Shown: positions 12,127-20,965 of the stretch, in pieces
Position numbering within the stretch: position 1 is the first letter of the stretch
Layout of the letters: the number at the start of each line of letters is the position of its first letter
Assembly (NCBI GenBank): GCA_027339965.1
Contig: DAHWNL010000009.1
Span: 29,733 to 93,732 of the forward strand
Origin: Granulicella sp.
Lineage (GTDB): Bacteria; Acidobacteriota; Terriglobia; Terriglobales; Acidobacteriaceae
DNA: 64,000 bases
Reading direction: 5' to 3'
Made by a program: the position numbers and the translations under genes
The notes under the pieces: model-generated
Told to the model about the DNA's origin: nothing
The model's database searches: none
What the model saw: the letters and a program-made list of their open reading frames with translations, nothing else

Positions 12127-12281
12127 GGGTTCTTCGCTTTTGCTTGCGCGCTTGCCTTTTGTGAGTCTTGTACTTCTCATCGGTTTCTGTTCGCTGTGAA
12201 CCCAGCCATCGAGCATTGTAGGATCCCGCAGCATTTGCTCTTGCCTTTGGTCTGGAACCAACCCCCGATCGAGGTGTCATC

Positions 12282-13478
12282 ATGACCGAATCCACCTTGC
12301 TACCGGCCACCGAACGCTCCGTCACCATCCCCGAGCAGCACCGCTGGCTATCGGTCGACGTCCTTCGTGGCCTCACCATTGGCTTCATGATCATGGTGAA
12401 CAACAACGGAGGCGGCTCCGCCGCCTACTGGGCCATGAAGCATGCCAACTGGAACGGCTTCACTCCCACAGACCTCGTCTTCCCCACCTTCCTCTTTCTC
12501 GTGGGCATCTCCACCGTCTTCTCCACTCAGGCGCGCCTGGCCAAGGGAGACTCGAGATCCTCGCTTCTCGGCCACGCCTTCCGCCGCGCAATCATCCTCT
12601 ATCTGCTCGGGCTGGTGGTCAACAGCTTCCCGTTCTTCCACCTCGCCACCATGCGCTTCTACGGCGTCCTGCCGCGCATCGCCATCTGCTACCTGATCGT
12701 CGCAGTCTTTTACCTCTACCGTCCCTCCTGGAAGGACAAGGCCGTCGTCGCCGGCGTCTGCCTGCTCGGCTATTGGATCCTGATGCGCTTCGTTCCCGTC
12801 CCCGGCTACGGCGTGCCCACCCATCAGATCTCTCTGCTGGACAAGAACGCCAACCTCGCCGCCTGGCTCGACCGCCAGATCTTCGCTCCCCACCATCTTT
12901 ACGAGGGCGTCCGCGATCCCGAGGGCCTGCTCAGCACCATCCCCGCCATTGCCACCACGCTTATCGGCTTGCTCACCGGCATCTGGCTGCGCTCCACCCG
13001 CCCCATCGCTCAGAAAGCTCGGGCCATCGCCTGGGCCGGCTGCGCCGGACTGCTGAGCGGCGGCCTCTGGAACTTCACCTTTCCCGTCAACAAGAAGCTG
13101 TGGACAAGTTCCTACGTCCTCTACGCCGCTGGTTGGAGCCTGTTGCTTCTGGCTCTCAGCATCTACCTTATCGACATTCTCTCCGCGCGCCGATCCCCAC
13201 CGGCGTCCGACGACCAGATTCGCAAGCGCTACACGATTCTGCTTGTCTTTGGCACCAACGCGATCGCGGCCTACGTTCTTTCCGAACTCCTGCCCGGGGC
13301 CCTCAACCTTTTCCATCCCCGGCCCGGTGTAGCCTTTCTGCGCTGGTTTTACCTCAGCATCCTGAGCAACCTTCCCTACGCGCCCATGGCCTCGATGGTC
13401 TACAGCATCCTCTTCGTCGCAGTCTGCTGGGTCCCCATCTACGTCATGTACCGCCGCCGCATCTTCCTAAAAATCTGA
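12282..13478 (+). CDS. HGSNAT/NagX-like polytopic membrane acetyltransferase (DUF1624/DUF5009 type)
   Basis: RWLSVDVLRGLTI.FMIMVN; KHANWNGFTPTDLVFPTFLF; GVLPRIA; DPEGLLSTIPA; PVNKKLWTSSYV; many hydrophobic helices. Confidence 0.9.
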   Translation: MTESTLLPATERSVTIPEQHRWLSVDVLRGLTIGFMIMVNNNGGGSAAYWAMKHANWNGFTPTDLVFPTFLFLVGISTVFSTQARLAKGDSRSSLLGHAFRRAIILYLLGLVVNSFPFFHLATMRFYGVLPRIAICYLIVAVFYLYRPSWKDKAVVAGVCLLGYWILMRFVPVPGYGVPTHQISLLDKNANLAAWLDRQIFAPHHLYEGVRDPEGLLSTIPAIATTLIGLLTGIWLRSTRPIAQKARAIAWAGCAGLLSGGLWNFTFPVNKKLWTSSYVLYAAGWSLLLLALSIYLIDILSARRSPPASDDQIRKRYTILLVFGTNAIAAYVLSELLPGALNLFHPRPGVAFLRWFYLSILSNLPYAPMASMVYSILFVAVCWVPIYVMYRRRIFLKI

Positions 13479-13636
13479 TCCACCAGCTCTCGGTGGCAAA
13501 ACTTGCCTGGCCGCAACTTCCTCGGAGTTCCACAGCAGGCTCCTGTTCCTTCAACTCCCATCCCTGCCCCGAACGCGACTCTTTCCGCCGAGCACGCACA
13601 GCGCGGCGGGCTAGCTTCAACAGGCATGCCGCCAGA

Positions 13637-13676
13637 CAGCAACGGCTCGCTCCACCCATGGAGCGAGCCGTTGCTG
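13637..13676. terminator. Perfect 18-bp hairpin, probable 3' end of the minus-strand small transcript or a bidirectional terminator
   Basis: cagcaacggctcgctcca-ccca-tggagcgagccgttgctg. Confidence 0.7.
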
Positions 13677-13685
13677 CAGTGATCT

Positions 13686-13900
13686 GTTGAGATTGACCTG
13701 AGGCATCCGTCCCATGCCGGGGAATGAACCCGGCGGGCTAAGCGCCTCGGAGTTTGCATCCAGACGGAGGGTATCTTCCTTTCCCTCCGCACTCCAGGTT
13801 GAAAGCACGAATGCCTTAAGCCTCAGTCACCTCACGTGTTTTTGTGCAACTGGAACTCTCAATTTTCATAGGCGTTGGATCACCCTCCTTTCCCGTGTTG
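13686..13900 (-). ncRNA. Candidate structured small RNA or small-ORF mRNA
   Basis: On the minus strand the stems aggcattcgt/acggatgcct, gcggaggg/ccctccgt, gccggg/cccggc and gaggtgactgaggc/gcctcaggtcaatctc can form. G-U pairs occur only in the minus orientation. The region is flanked by a promoter-like sequence and a terminal hairpin. Confidence 0.55.
13816..13869 (-). CDS. 17-aa small ORF MKIESSSCTKTREVTEA
   Basis: ATG at 13869, TAA at 13816-13818; preceded by AAAGGAGGGTGATCCAA, a near-exact extended complement of the 16S rRNA 3' tail. Confidence 0.5.
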   Translation of the reverse strand: MKIESSSCTKTREVTEA

Positions 13901-13906
13901 ATCCCC

Positions 13907-13936
13907 AAACTACGCCGCTCCGCGAGTCCACGTCAA
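13907..13936 (-). promoter_or_regulatory. sigma70-like promoter for the small-ORF/RNA unit
   Basis: Minus strand TTGACG (13931-13936) - 18 nt - TAGTTT (13907-13912). Confidence 0.5.
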
Positions 13937-13997
13937 CATCTCGGCTTGTCCCAAGAACCGACATCTGCAAGGCCCAGCAACCCTGAGAAGAATCCTC

Positions 13998-14492
13998 TCA
14001 CCTGTCGGAGCCCCACCTTGCGCCAGCGCGGGAGGCCTCCGCGCGGCGTAACCTCAGTCGCAGCACCCAGCCCAGATCGAAAAGCAACGTTCCGAGAACT
14101 GCGAAGACGATCGCCCCTTGATACGTCAACCAGACCGTAGCCAGGATGGCCCCTTCAGGATCTCCGGGAGGATACAGCACCGGGATACTCTCCCCAGCGG
14201 GAAACTCAATCTCCTGCGACCGATGGTTCACTGCATCCAGGGTCAGGAGATCTCCATCCGGCAGACGCAGGCGGAAGCGCGGCGTGTAAACCACCTCGCC
14301 CCGCTGGTTCAGCACCGCTACATTCTCGGTGATGGTCGCCGTCGCTCGCACTCTGGACCGGCTGAAGGCCCAGGAGCGCAGCCCAAATCCCGCAGAGACC
14401 ACAAGCAGGATCACCCCCGCCCAAGGCAGCTTCACAGCCAGCGGAGGAGTTGCCTGCCGCATGCTTCTGCGCAACCAGTTCAGAAACTCCAT
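13998..14492 (-). CDS. Membrane protein, DUF3592-like
   Basis: Two hydrophobic helices flank a beta-rich region with YTPRFRLRLPDG and F.AGESIPVLYPPGDP. Confidence 0.7.
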   Translation of the reverse strand: MEFLNWLRRSMRQATPPLAVKLPWAGVILLVVSAGFGLRSWAFSRSRVRATATITENVAVLNQRGEVVYTPRFRLRLPDGDLLTLDAVNHRSQEIEFPAGESIPVLYPPGDPEGAILATVWLTYQGAIVFAVLGTLLFDLGWVLRLRLRRAEASRAGARWGSDR

Positions 14493-14796
14493 CCACCCAC
14501 TCTAGCAACTGTAGCAACGGCCAGCCCGATCTGCACCAGACAGACGGAACTCTTGCAGAACTCTTGGCTTTCTCTTCGCAAGCGGAGAGAAAGCACAGAT
14601 TCCGGCGCTCGTTTTGCTCCGTCGTGGAAAGCGAACGCCGGGATGGAACGCTCGGAGGAGTGCAAGGAATCGATCTCGCGCATCCATCGCGTCTTTATAG
14701 ACAAGCCTGTACAGACAAGCCTGTGCGGCGGCATCCCATGGTCAGACCCGATGTTGGAAGCGGAACCAGCCTTCCATCCCTCTATACTGGACTCCC

Positions 14797-15720
14797 ATGT
14801 TGACTGGACCGCTTGCCTTCGAACTGCCAGCTTTCCTTATCGGCCTTTTGCTGGGCAGCTTTCTCAACGTCTGCATCTCCCGCCTGCCGAGGCACCAGAG
14901 CATTCTTAAGCCCCGATCCCACTGTCCTGACTGCCTGCAGACCATCGCCTGGCATGACAACATCCCAATCTTGAGCTGGATGCTTCTGCGTGGCCGCTGC
15001 CGGCAATGCGGGAAACCCATCGCCTGGCGCTATCCCCTGATGGAACTTGGCTGTGCCGCATGGCTCACCTTCGCCGCGCGCACAGCTTTTCCTTTGCTCA
15101 AGCCCGGGCTGCCCTTCAACACCGTGGTCCATGCCATGCTGGACGCAACCGGGCTGGCCGTGCTCGGTCTTCTGCTGCTGGGTCTACTGGTGATGGACTG
15201 GCAGACCCACACACTCCCCGACGCCTTCACCCTGAGTGGATCTCTGATTGGCCTGCTGCTGATCTGCGTCCGCGCCGCCTATCTGTTGCCGCATCAGTAC
15301 GACCTTTTGCTGAACGGCCCGGATCCTCTCACCAGCGTTGGAGGAGCGATGGATCAAGGCAACATCGTTCTGACCGGCCCGGAGCACCTGATTCTGGGCC
15401 GCCTCTTCGCAATGGTCCTTCTGGCTGGGGTCCTGCTCTTCATCCGGTTCGCTTATAAGATGTTGCGCGGCCGTGAGGGCCTGGGCATGGGAGACATCAA
15501 ACTGGCCGCCATGATGGCAGCTTTCCTCGGTTTCTGGCTGGGGGCCTTTGCGGTCTTCCTTGGAGTGATTCTCTGCGCCGGATATGCAGTTACGCTAATC
15601 GCCCGGCATCGCGCCAGCGCAACAACCCGTCTTCCGCTGGGTACATTTCTCTGCATCGGCGGGCTGGCCGCCGCGATTCTTGGGGCACCGATTATCGCCT
15701 GGTACGCTTCGCTGTTTTGA
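14797..15720 (+). CDS. pilD: Prepilin peptidase / N-methyltransferase (A24)
   Basis: GSFLNVCISRLP; RSHCPDC...IAWHDNIPILSW..LRGRCRQC (two CxxC); REGLGMGDIKL; LPLGTFL. Confidence 0.93.
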   Translation: MLTGPLAFELPAFLIGLLLGSFLNVCISRLPRHQSILKPRSHCPDCLQTIAWHDNIPILSWMLLRGRCRQCGKPIAWRYPLMELGCAAWLTFAARTAFPLLKPGLPFNTVVHAMLDATGLAVLGLLLLGLLVMDWQTHTLPDAFTLSGSLIGLLLICVRAAYLLPHQYDLLLNGPDPLTSVGGAMDQGNIVLTGPEHLILGRLFAMVLLAGVLLFIRFAYKMLRGREGLGMGDIKLAAMMAAFLGFWLGAFAVFLGVILCAGYAVTLIARHRASATTRLPLGTFLCIGGLAAAILGAPIIAWYASLF

Positions 15721-15788
15721 AGCATACATCTCTCGCCCGGGGCTCTCTTGACCCTTGGACCGCGCCACTCCTACACTTAAAGTCAGTC

Positions 15789-16199
15789 ATGAATTCGTCG
15801 AACCCGTACCTATGGCAGTACCTTCCGCTTGCCCTCCAACTCCTGGTAGCCCTGGGTATGGCTGCGGGCATGGTGACTGCGTCCTTTTTCCTGGGGACAC
15901 ACAAGCGCTCTCGCACCAAGCTGAGCGCCTATGAATGCGGCATGGATCCCGTCGGGGATGCGCGCGGGCGCTTCTCGGTGAAGTTCTACATGGTTGCCAT
16001 GCTGTTCATTCTCTTCGATGTGGAGGCGGTATTCGTTCTTCCCTGGGCGGTCATCTATCGCCAACTGCCGGCGACCACAGGATCACGTTTCTTCGGTTTC
16101 TGGGAGATGCTGGTCTACCTCAGCTTCGTGGCGGTGGGCCTCTTCTATGTCTGGAAGAAGGGCATCCTCAATTGGTCCAACGACAAAGCGGACCTTTAG
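15789..16199 (+). CDS. nuoA: NADH-quinone oxidoreductase subunit A
   Basis: YECGMDP, RFSVKFYMVAMLFILFDVEAVF, YVWKKGILNW. A TTGACC-N18-TACACT promoter lies just upstream. Confidence 0.96.
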   Translation: MNSSNPYLWQYLPLALQLLVALGMAAGMVTASFFLGTHKRSRTKLSAYECGMDPVGDARGRFSVKFYMVAMLFILFDVEAVFVLPWAVIYRQLPATTGSRFFGFWEMLVYLSFVAVGLFYVWKKGILNWSNDKADL

Positions 16200-16266
16200 G
16201 AGCGGACCTCAAACTGCATCTCAGGCGCTCTCGGTCAGCGCCTCCAAATCGATTCAGAAGGACTCT

Positions 16267-16815
16267 ATGGCTGATCATCCCTCCTCGTCCTCGACCTCTT
16301 CTTCGGCCAACCCAACTGCCGAGCCGTCAGCCATCTTCGGCAAGCAGGCCATTCTGGAAGCCTTTGCCGGCCATCCGGCCGTGCATACTCTGGAGCAGTT
16401 GTTGATAGACGCCAAGTGGGACCGTCAGGAGCTGACTCTGAGCGTCGCTCCTCAAACCATCCTGGATGCTGTCCGAGCGATCAAGGCGGCCGGATACAAC
16501 TTCCTGGAAGACGTGACCGCCGTCGATTGGTATCCCACCGACACTCCGTCGGCTCCCCGCTTTCAGATCAGTTACTCCATCCTCAGCCATAGCCGAAAGG
16601 AGCGCATTCGCATTGTGGCAAGGGTGATGGGCGACAACCCGCACATGGACTCGATCACGTCCGTGTGGCCCTCAGCCAACTTTTACGAACGGGAGGTCTT
16701 CGACCTGTTCGGCATCCACTTCGCCGGCCATCCCCACCTCACCCGCATCATGCTGCCTGACAACTGGAACGGCCATCCATTGCGCAAGGATTACCCCGTG
16801 GAGGGATATCGCTAA
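16267..16815 (+). CDS. nuoC: NADH-quinone oxidoreductase subunit C
   Basis: DVTAVDWYP; SITSVWPSANFYEREVFDLFGI.F.GHP.L.RIMLP..W.GHPLRKDYP. Confidence 0.95.
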   Translation: MADHPSSSSTSSSANPTAEPSAIFGKQAILEAFAGHPAVHTLEQLLIDAKWDRQELTLSVAPQTILDAVRAIKAAGYNFLEDVTAVDWYPTDTPSAPRFQISYSILSHSRKERIRIVARVMGDNPHMDSITSVWPSANFYEREVFDLFGIHFAGHPHLTRIMLPDNWNGHPLRKDYPVEGYR

Positions 16816-18200
16816 TGAGTTATAACCCCGTTCTCGATCGGGAGACGCAAGAGGACGACCGTCCCACCAGCTTTGTTCCGTCCGAAGTCGGCATGCAAGA
16901 CGCAACAGGAGACACAACAGGCGCGACCTTGGCCGGAATTCGCCCCGCCGAAGGGATCCTTGTCCCCGACGCCGAAGACATCGTCCAGGGCTCCGCCTCT
17001 CATCGGCATGGCTCTGACCCCGTGGTCTCCCAGACCATGGTGCTCAACATGGGCCCGCAGCATCCGTCCACCCACGGAGTCTTGCGGCTGGTGTTGGAGG
17101 TAGATGGCGAGACTGTGGTCTCTCTGGCTCCCGATATCGGCTATCTGCACACCGGCATTGAAAAGACCTGTGAAGCGAAGTTTTACAACCAGGTAACGCC
17201 GCTGACGGATCGAATCGACTATCTCTGCCCGATGACCAACAACACGGCGTACGCTTTGGCGGTGGAGAAGCTGCTGGGCCTGGAAGTTCCGGAACGGGCG
17301 CAGGTCCTGCGTGTTCTGCTCAATGAGCTCACTCGCATTCAATCTCACCTGGTTTGGCTCGGCACCCATGCCATGGACATTGGAGCGCTCACCGTCTTTC
17401 TTTACTGCTTCCGCGAACGCGAGGATCTGCTGCGGATCTTCGAGGCCATAAGCGGACAGCGGATGATGGGCAGCTATATCCGCATCGGAGGCGTGGCGCT
17501 GGAGCCTCCCGCCGGCATCTATGACCGGATTCGCTCTTTCCTCAACGACTTCCCGGAGCATATTTCCGAGTACGAGGGACTGCTCAACGCCAACCCCATC
17601 TGGATAGGCCGGCTCAAAGACGTCGGCCATCTTTCGGCCGAGGATGCGATCGCTCTGGGCGTGACCGGCCCCAGCCTGCGCGCCTCTGGCGTGGACTTTG
17701 ATCTGCGCCGCGATATGCCTTACTCCAGCTACGAAAGATTTAAGTTCAACATTCCCGTCTCGAACGGCTGCGACGTATGGGCTCGCTATCTGGTCCGGAT
17801 GCAGGAGATGCGTGAGTCCACTCTCATCTGCCACCAGGCTCTTGACCTTCTGGCCACGCTGCATCATCAGCCCCTCCACGCCGATGCGCCCAAGATCCTC
17901 CTCCCCGATCGGGAGAAGATGAAGACCCAGATGGAGTCTTTGATCCATCACTTCAAGATCGTCACGGAAGGCTTCCAGGTCCCGGCCGGCGAGGCGACCA
18001 GTTCGGTGGAGGCTCCGCACGGCATGATGAACTACTACGTCGTCTCCGATGGCACCTCCAAACCGTACCGGGTACACATGCGCAACGCCGACTTCGCCAA
18101 TCTGCAAGCTCTGGAGACCATGTGCAAAGGCCGTCTGATTGCAGACGTGGTCGCCGTAATTGGTTCGATCGACATCGTTCTGGGAGCCATTGACCGTTAG
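16815..18200 (+). CDS. nuoD: NADH-quinone oxidoreductase subunit D
   Basis: LNMGPQHPSTHGVLRL; IGYLHTGIEK; DRIDY; GSIDIVLGAIDR; about 70-aa N-terminal extension. Confidence 0.97.
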   Translation: MSYNPVLDRETQEDDRPTSFVPSEVGMQDATGDTTGATLAGIRPAEGILVPDAEDIVQGSASHRHGSDPVVSQTMVLNMGPQHPSTHGVLRLVLEVDGETVVSLAPDIGYLHTGIEKTCEAKFYNQVTPLTDRIDYLCPMTNNTAYALAVEKLLGLEVPERAQVLRVLLNELTRIQSHLVWLGTHAMDIGALTVFLYCFREREDLLRIFEAISGQRMMGSYIRIGGVALEPPAGIYDRIRSFLNDFPEHISEYEGLLNANPIWIGRLKDVGHLSAEDAIALGVTGPSLRASGVDFDLRRDMPYSSYERFKFNIPVSNGCDVWARYLVRMQEMRESTLICHQALDLLATLHHQPLHADAPKILLPDREKMKTQMESLIHHFKIVTEGFQVPAGEATSSVEAPHGMMNYYVVSDGTSKPYRVHMRNADFANLQALETMCKGRLIADVVAVIGSIDIVLGAIDR

Positions 18201-18373
18201 GAACTTCGATACAGCGGTCGCCGGAGACCACGCAGAGACGGCGACGAGGGTTCTCCTCAACGCCGGCCGCTCCGCTCCCTGAAGGACGAGAAAACCAACG
18301 CGGTTGGGCTGTTTCTGCCGCGACCGCTTTACGCAGCTCCAGCCCCTTCAACCGCACACGCACACGGACTCAC

Positions 18374-18691
18374 TTGAACCCTCGCCTCCAAGCCGAACTC
18401 TGGACGTCCTGGGCCTCTATGCTGCGCAGTTATGCCGCAGCCCACGGACTCAACAGCACCCATCATGCCATTGTCGAGGTCAGCGCAGACCAGATCACCC
18501 TGCGCGTCGACGACCGCTGGCTTCGATTTTCATTTCGTGATATGCAACACAGCGGAGAGCCTGCGGCGCCTTTTATGCTGAACGAGGACGGAACCGTCAC
18601 ATTGGGCAAGAACCATGAACCGGCAACTTCCATCGCCATGGACATGGCCGCGGAGCAGTTTGCTCGCCAGATGCTGGCCGAAGCGCGGTAA
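18374..18691 (+). CDS. Hypothetical protein inside the nuo operon
   Basis: 105-aa ORF (TTG start), co-oriented with the operon, protein-like composition (ELWTSWASMLRSYAAAHGLN...MDMAAEQFARQML); no recognised family. Confidence 0.65.
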   Translation: MNPRLQAELWTSWASMLRSYAAAHGLNSTHHAIVEVSADQITLRVDDRWLRFSFRDMQHSGEPAAPFMLNEDGTVTLGKNHEPATSIAMDMAAEQFARQMLAEAR

Positions 18692-18748
18692 TCTGGTAGT
18701 TGCGGTTGCAAGATTTGTCTCACTCCATCCCGCCGCAGGAAGATCCTT

Positions 18749-19249
18749 ATGGCCACCATCTCTCAGTCGATCTTTTCTCCCGCCACAGCCGCTCGCTTTG
18801 ACAAGCTCGCAACCATCTACCCGGTGAAGCGCTCCGCGCTGGTCCCCATGCTGCTTTACGCGCAGGATGAGGTGGGTTACGTCTCCGATGCCGTGGTCGG
18901 CGAGATCGCCGAACGGCTTGACTTGCTCGAACTCGACGTCCGCAATGTTCTCAGCTACTACTCCATGCTGCGCACCCAGCCGGCGGGGAAGTACAACGTG
19001 CAGGTATGCACCAACATCTCCTGCATGCTGCGCGGCGGCTTCGAATTGCTTGACCACTGCAAGTACAGACTCGGTATCAATCACAAGGAGACCACCCCGG
19101 ACGGTCTATTCTCTTTGGAGGAGGTGGAGTGCATCGGTGCCTGCTGCTGGGCCCCGGCAGTCCAGGTGAACTATGACTTCCATGACGACCTGACTCCGGC
19201 GAAGCTGGACGCCGTTCTGGACAGCTATCGCACCCGCGAGGCCAAATAG
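18749..19249 (+). CDS. nuoE: NADH-quinone oxidoreductase subunit E
   Basis: VCTNISC...ECIGAC [2Fe-2S] N1a ligands. Confidence 0.96.
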   Translation: MATISQSIFSPATAARFDKLATIYPVKRSALVPMLLYAQDEVGYVSDAVVGEIAERLDLLELDVRNVLSYYSMLRTQPAGKYNVQVCTNISCMLRGGFELLDHCKYRLGINHKETTPDGLFSLEEVECIGACCWAPAVQVNYDFHDDLTPAKLDAVLDSYRTREAK

Positions 19250-19630
19250 CCTTGCGTTTCGACGGTGGCAGCATCGATGCTACCTGGACCGCATCCAGCC
19301 AGTCTGTGCTCAACCTCGTCATGTTCTCGAGTCGAACTCATGGGCGACGTCTCCATGCTTTGTCGGCGGAGAGTCCTGCCATTCGCCATGCAGACTGCGG
19401 TTATGGTTTCCCTTCGAGCACTGGAACGATCCGACGCGCCCTTGCCGGGATGCGGAATGGACTCCAGCGAACGATTCTCGCACCCGGCGGCAGCCCTTGT
19501 TCTATGCGCCCGTTCCGCGTGCCTTTCGAAAGCACTCATTTTGACGTTGACCGCATTCTTGCAGAGCACAGCGCTAGCCCAGCGCTTCGCCAAAATCGCG
19601 TAAACTGGAATCTCACGGTAAGGAACCAGT

Positions 19631-20965
19631 ATGCCAACTCTTGCCTCACACCCCGATGAAGTAAAAGTTCTCTCCCGCCGATTTGGTCTGGGTGCAGCCA
19701 GCATCGACAAGTACCTTGAGCTGGATGGCTACAAAGCTGCGCAAAAGGCTATCGCGGAAGGCCCGGATTGGATTATCAACACCATGAAGGCCAGCGGTCT
19801 CCGGGGCCGCGGAGGCGCAGGGTTCCCCACCGGCATGAAGTGGTCCTTTGTCCCCAAGGTCTCGGAGAAGCCAAAGTACATTCTGGTCAATGGCGATGAG
19901 TCCGAGCCGGGCACCTGCAAGGATCACTTGATTTTTCGTGAAGATCCGCATTCGATCATCGAGGGCGCCATGATCGCCGGTCTCTCCGTGGGCGCGAAGA
20001 TGGGCTTTATCTATCTGCGCGGAGAGTACCGATACCTGCTCAACATCATGGAGAAGGCTGTCGCCGATGCCTACGCCCGGGGATTTCTGGGCAAAAACAT
20101 CTTCGGCAACCAGGGAGTGGACTTCGATGTGATCACCCAGACCGGCGCCGGGGCCTATGAGGTAGGCGAGGAGTCGGCTCTGATGGAATCGCTGGAGGGC
20201 AAACGCGGCGTTCCCCGCATCCGTCCTCCCTTCCCGGCTGTAGTGGGTCTCTACGGCGGGCCGACGATCATCAATAACGCAGAGACGATCGCCAACGCGC
20301 CCCACATCCTGCTGATGGGCGGCGAAGCGTACGCTAAGCTGGGCACAGAGCGCAACGGCGGCACGCGGCTGTTCGGCATCTCCGGCCATGTGGAGCGCCC
20401 AGGCGTCTACGAACTCCCCATGGGCTACTCGCTACGCAAGGCCATCTATGACGTGGCCGGCGGGATTCGCGGCGGCAAGCAACTGAAGGCCGTGGTGCCT
20501 GGCGGCGCATCCTGCCCTGTGCTGCGGGCCGATGAGATCGACGTTGGCCTGGACTTCGATCAAATGGCCAAGGCAGGCACCATGCTCGGCTCCGGGGGCA
20601 TCGTCGTTCTGGATGAGACGGTCTCCATGGTGGAGTTCGCCCTGCGCACCATACGCTTTTACCAGCACGAGTCCTGCGGATGGTGTATCCCGTGCCGCGA
20701 GGGTACCGACTGGATCAAGAAGACCCTGACGCGCTTCCATGCCGGCGGGGGTACGAAAAAGGATATCGATAACGTTCAGTACATCGCCGAAAACATGCTG
20801 GGCCGGACCTTCTGTCCGCTGGGCGATGCGGCCGCCATGCCCACCCTGGGCTTTGTCAAGAAGTTCCGCGGCGAATTCGAGGAGTATCTGAACGGTGTCC
20901 GCGTCGCCAGCCCCCTGATCAAGATCACCCCGATGGGTGCAAACGTACACGCAGGAGCCCATTGA
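19631..20965 (+). CDS. nuoF: NADH-quinone oxidoreductase subunit F
   Basis: SGLRGRGGAGFPTGMKW; NGDESEPGT; HESCGWCIPCREG; TFCPLGD. Confidence 0.98.
   Translation: MPTLASHPDEVKVLSRRFGLGAASIDKYLELDGYKAAQKAIAEGPDWIINTMKASGLRGRGGAGFPTGMKWSFVPKVSEKPKYILVNGDESEPGTCKDHLIFREDPHSIIEGAMIAGLSVGAKMGFIYLRGEYRYLLNIMEKAVADAYARGFLGKNIFGNQGVDFDVITQTGAGAYEVGEESALMESLEGKRGVPRIRPPFPAVVGLYGGPTIINNAETIANAPHILLMGGEAYAKLGTERNGGTRLFGISGHVERPGVYELPMGYSLRKAIYDVAGGIRGGKQLKAVVPGGASCPVLRADEIDVGLDFDQMAKAGTMLGSGGIVVLDETVSMVEFALRTIRFYQHESCGWCIPCREGTDWIKKTLTRFHAGGGTKKDIDNVQYIAENMLGRTFCPLGDAAAMPTLGFVKKFRGEFEEYLNGVRVASPLIKITPMGANVHAGAH

Noticed and set aside
13686..13835. 6S RNA, tmRNA, SRP or tRNA identity for the structured region
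   Set aside because: A rod-with-bubble fold is possible and there is a T-arm-like hairpin, but I see no convincing family-specific sequence motifs, CCA end or typical gene context; needs cmscan.
13875..13892. 16S rRNA gene fragment (ttggatcaccctcctttc on the plus strand)
   Set aside because: Similarity is limited to the anti-SD tail, with no helix 45 or other rRNA sequence; better explained as an extended SD on the minus strand.
14699..14724. 12-bp direct repeat agacaagcctgt upstream of pilD
   Set aside because: Could be a regulator site, but it is a single occurrence with no supporting evidence.
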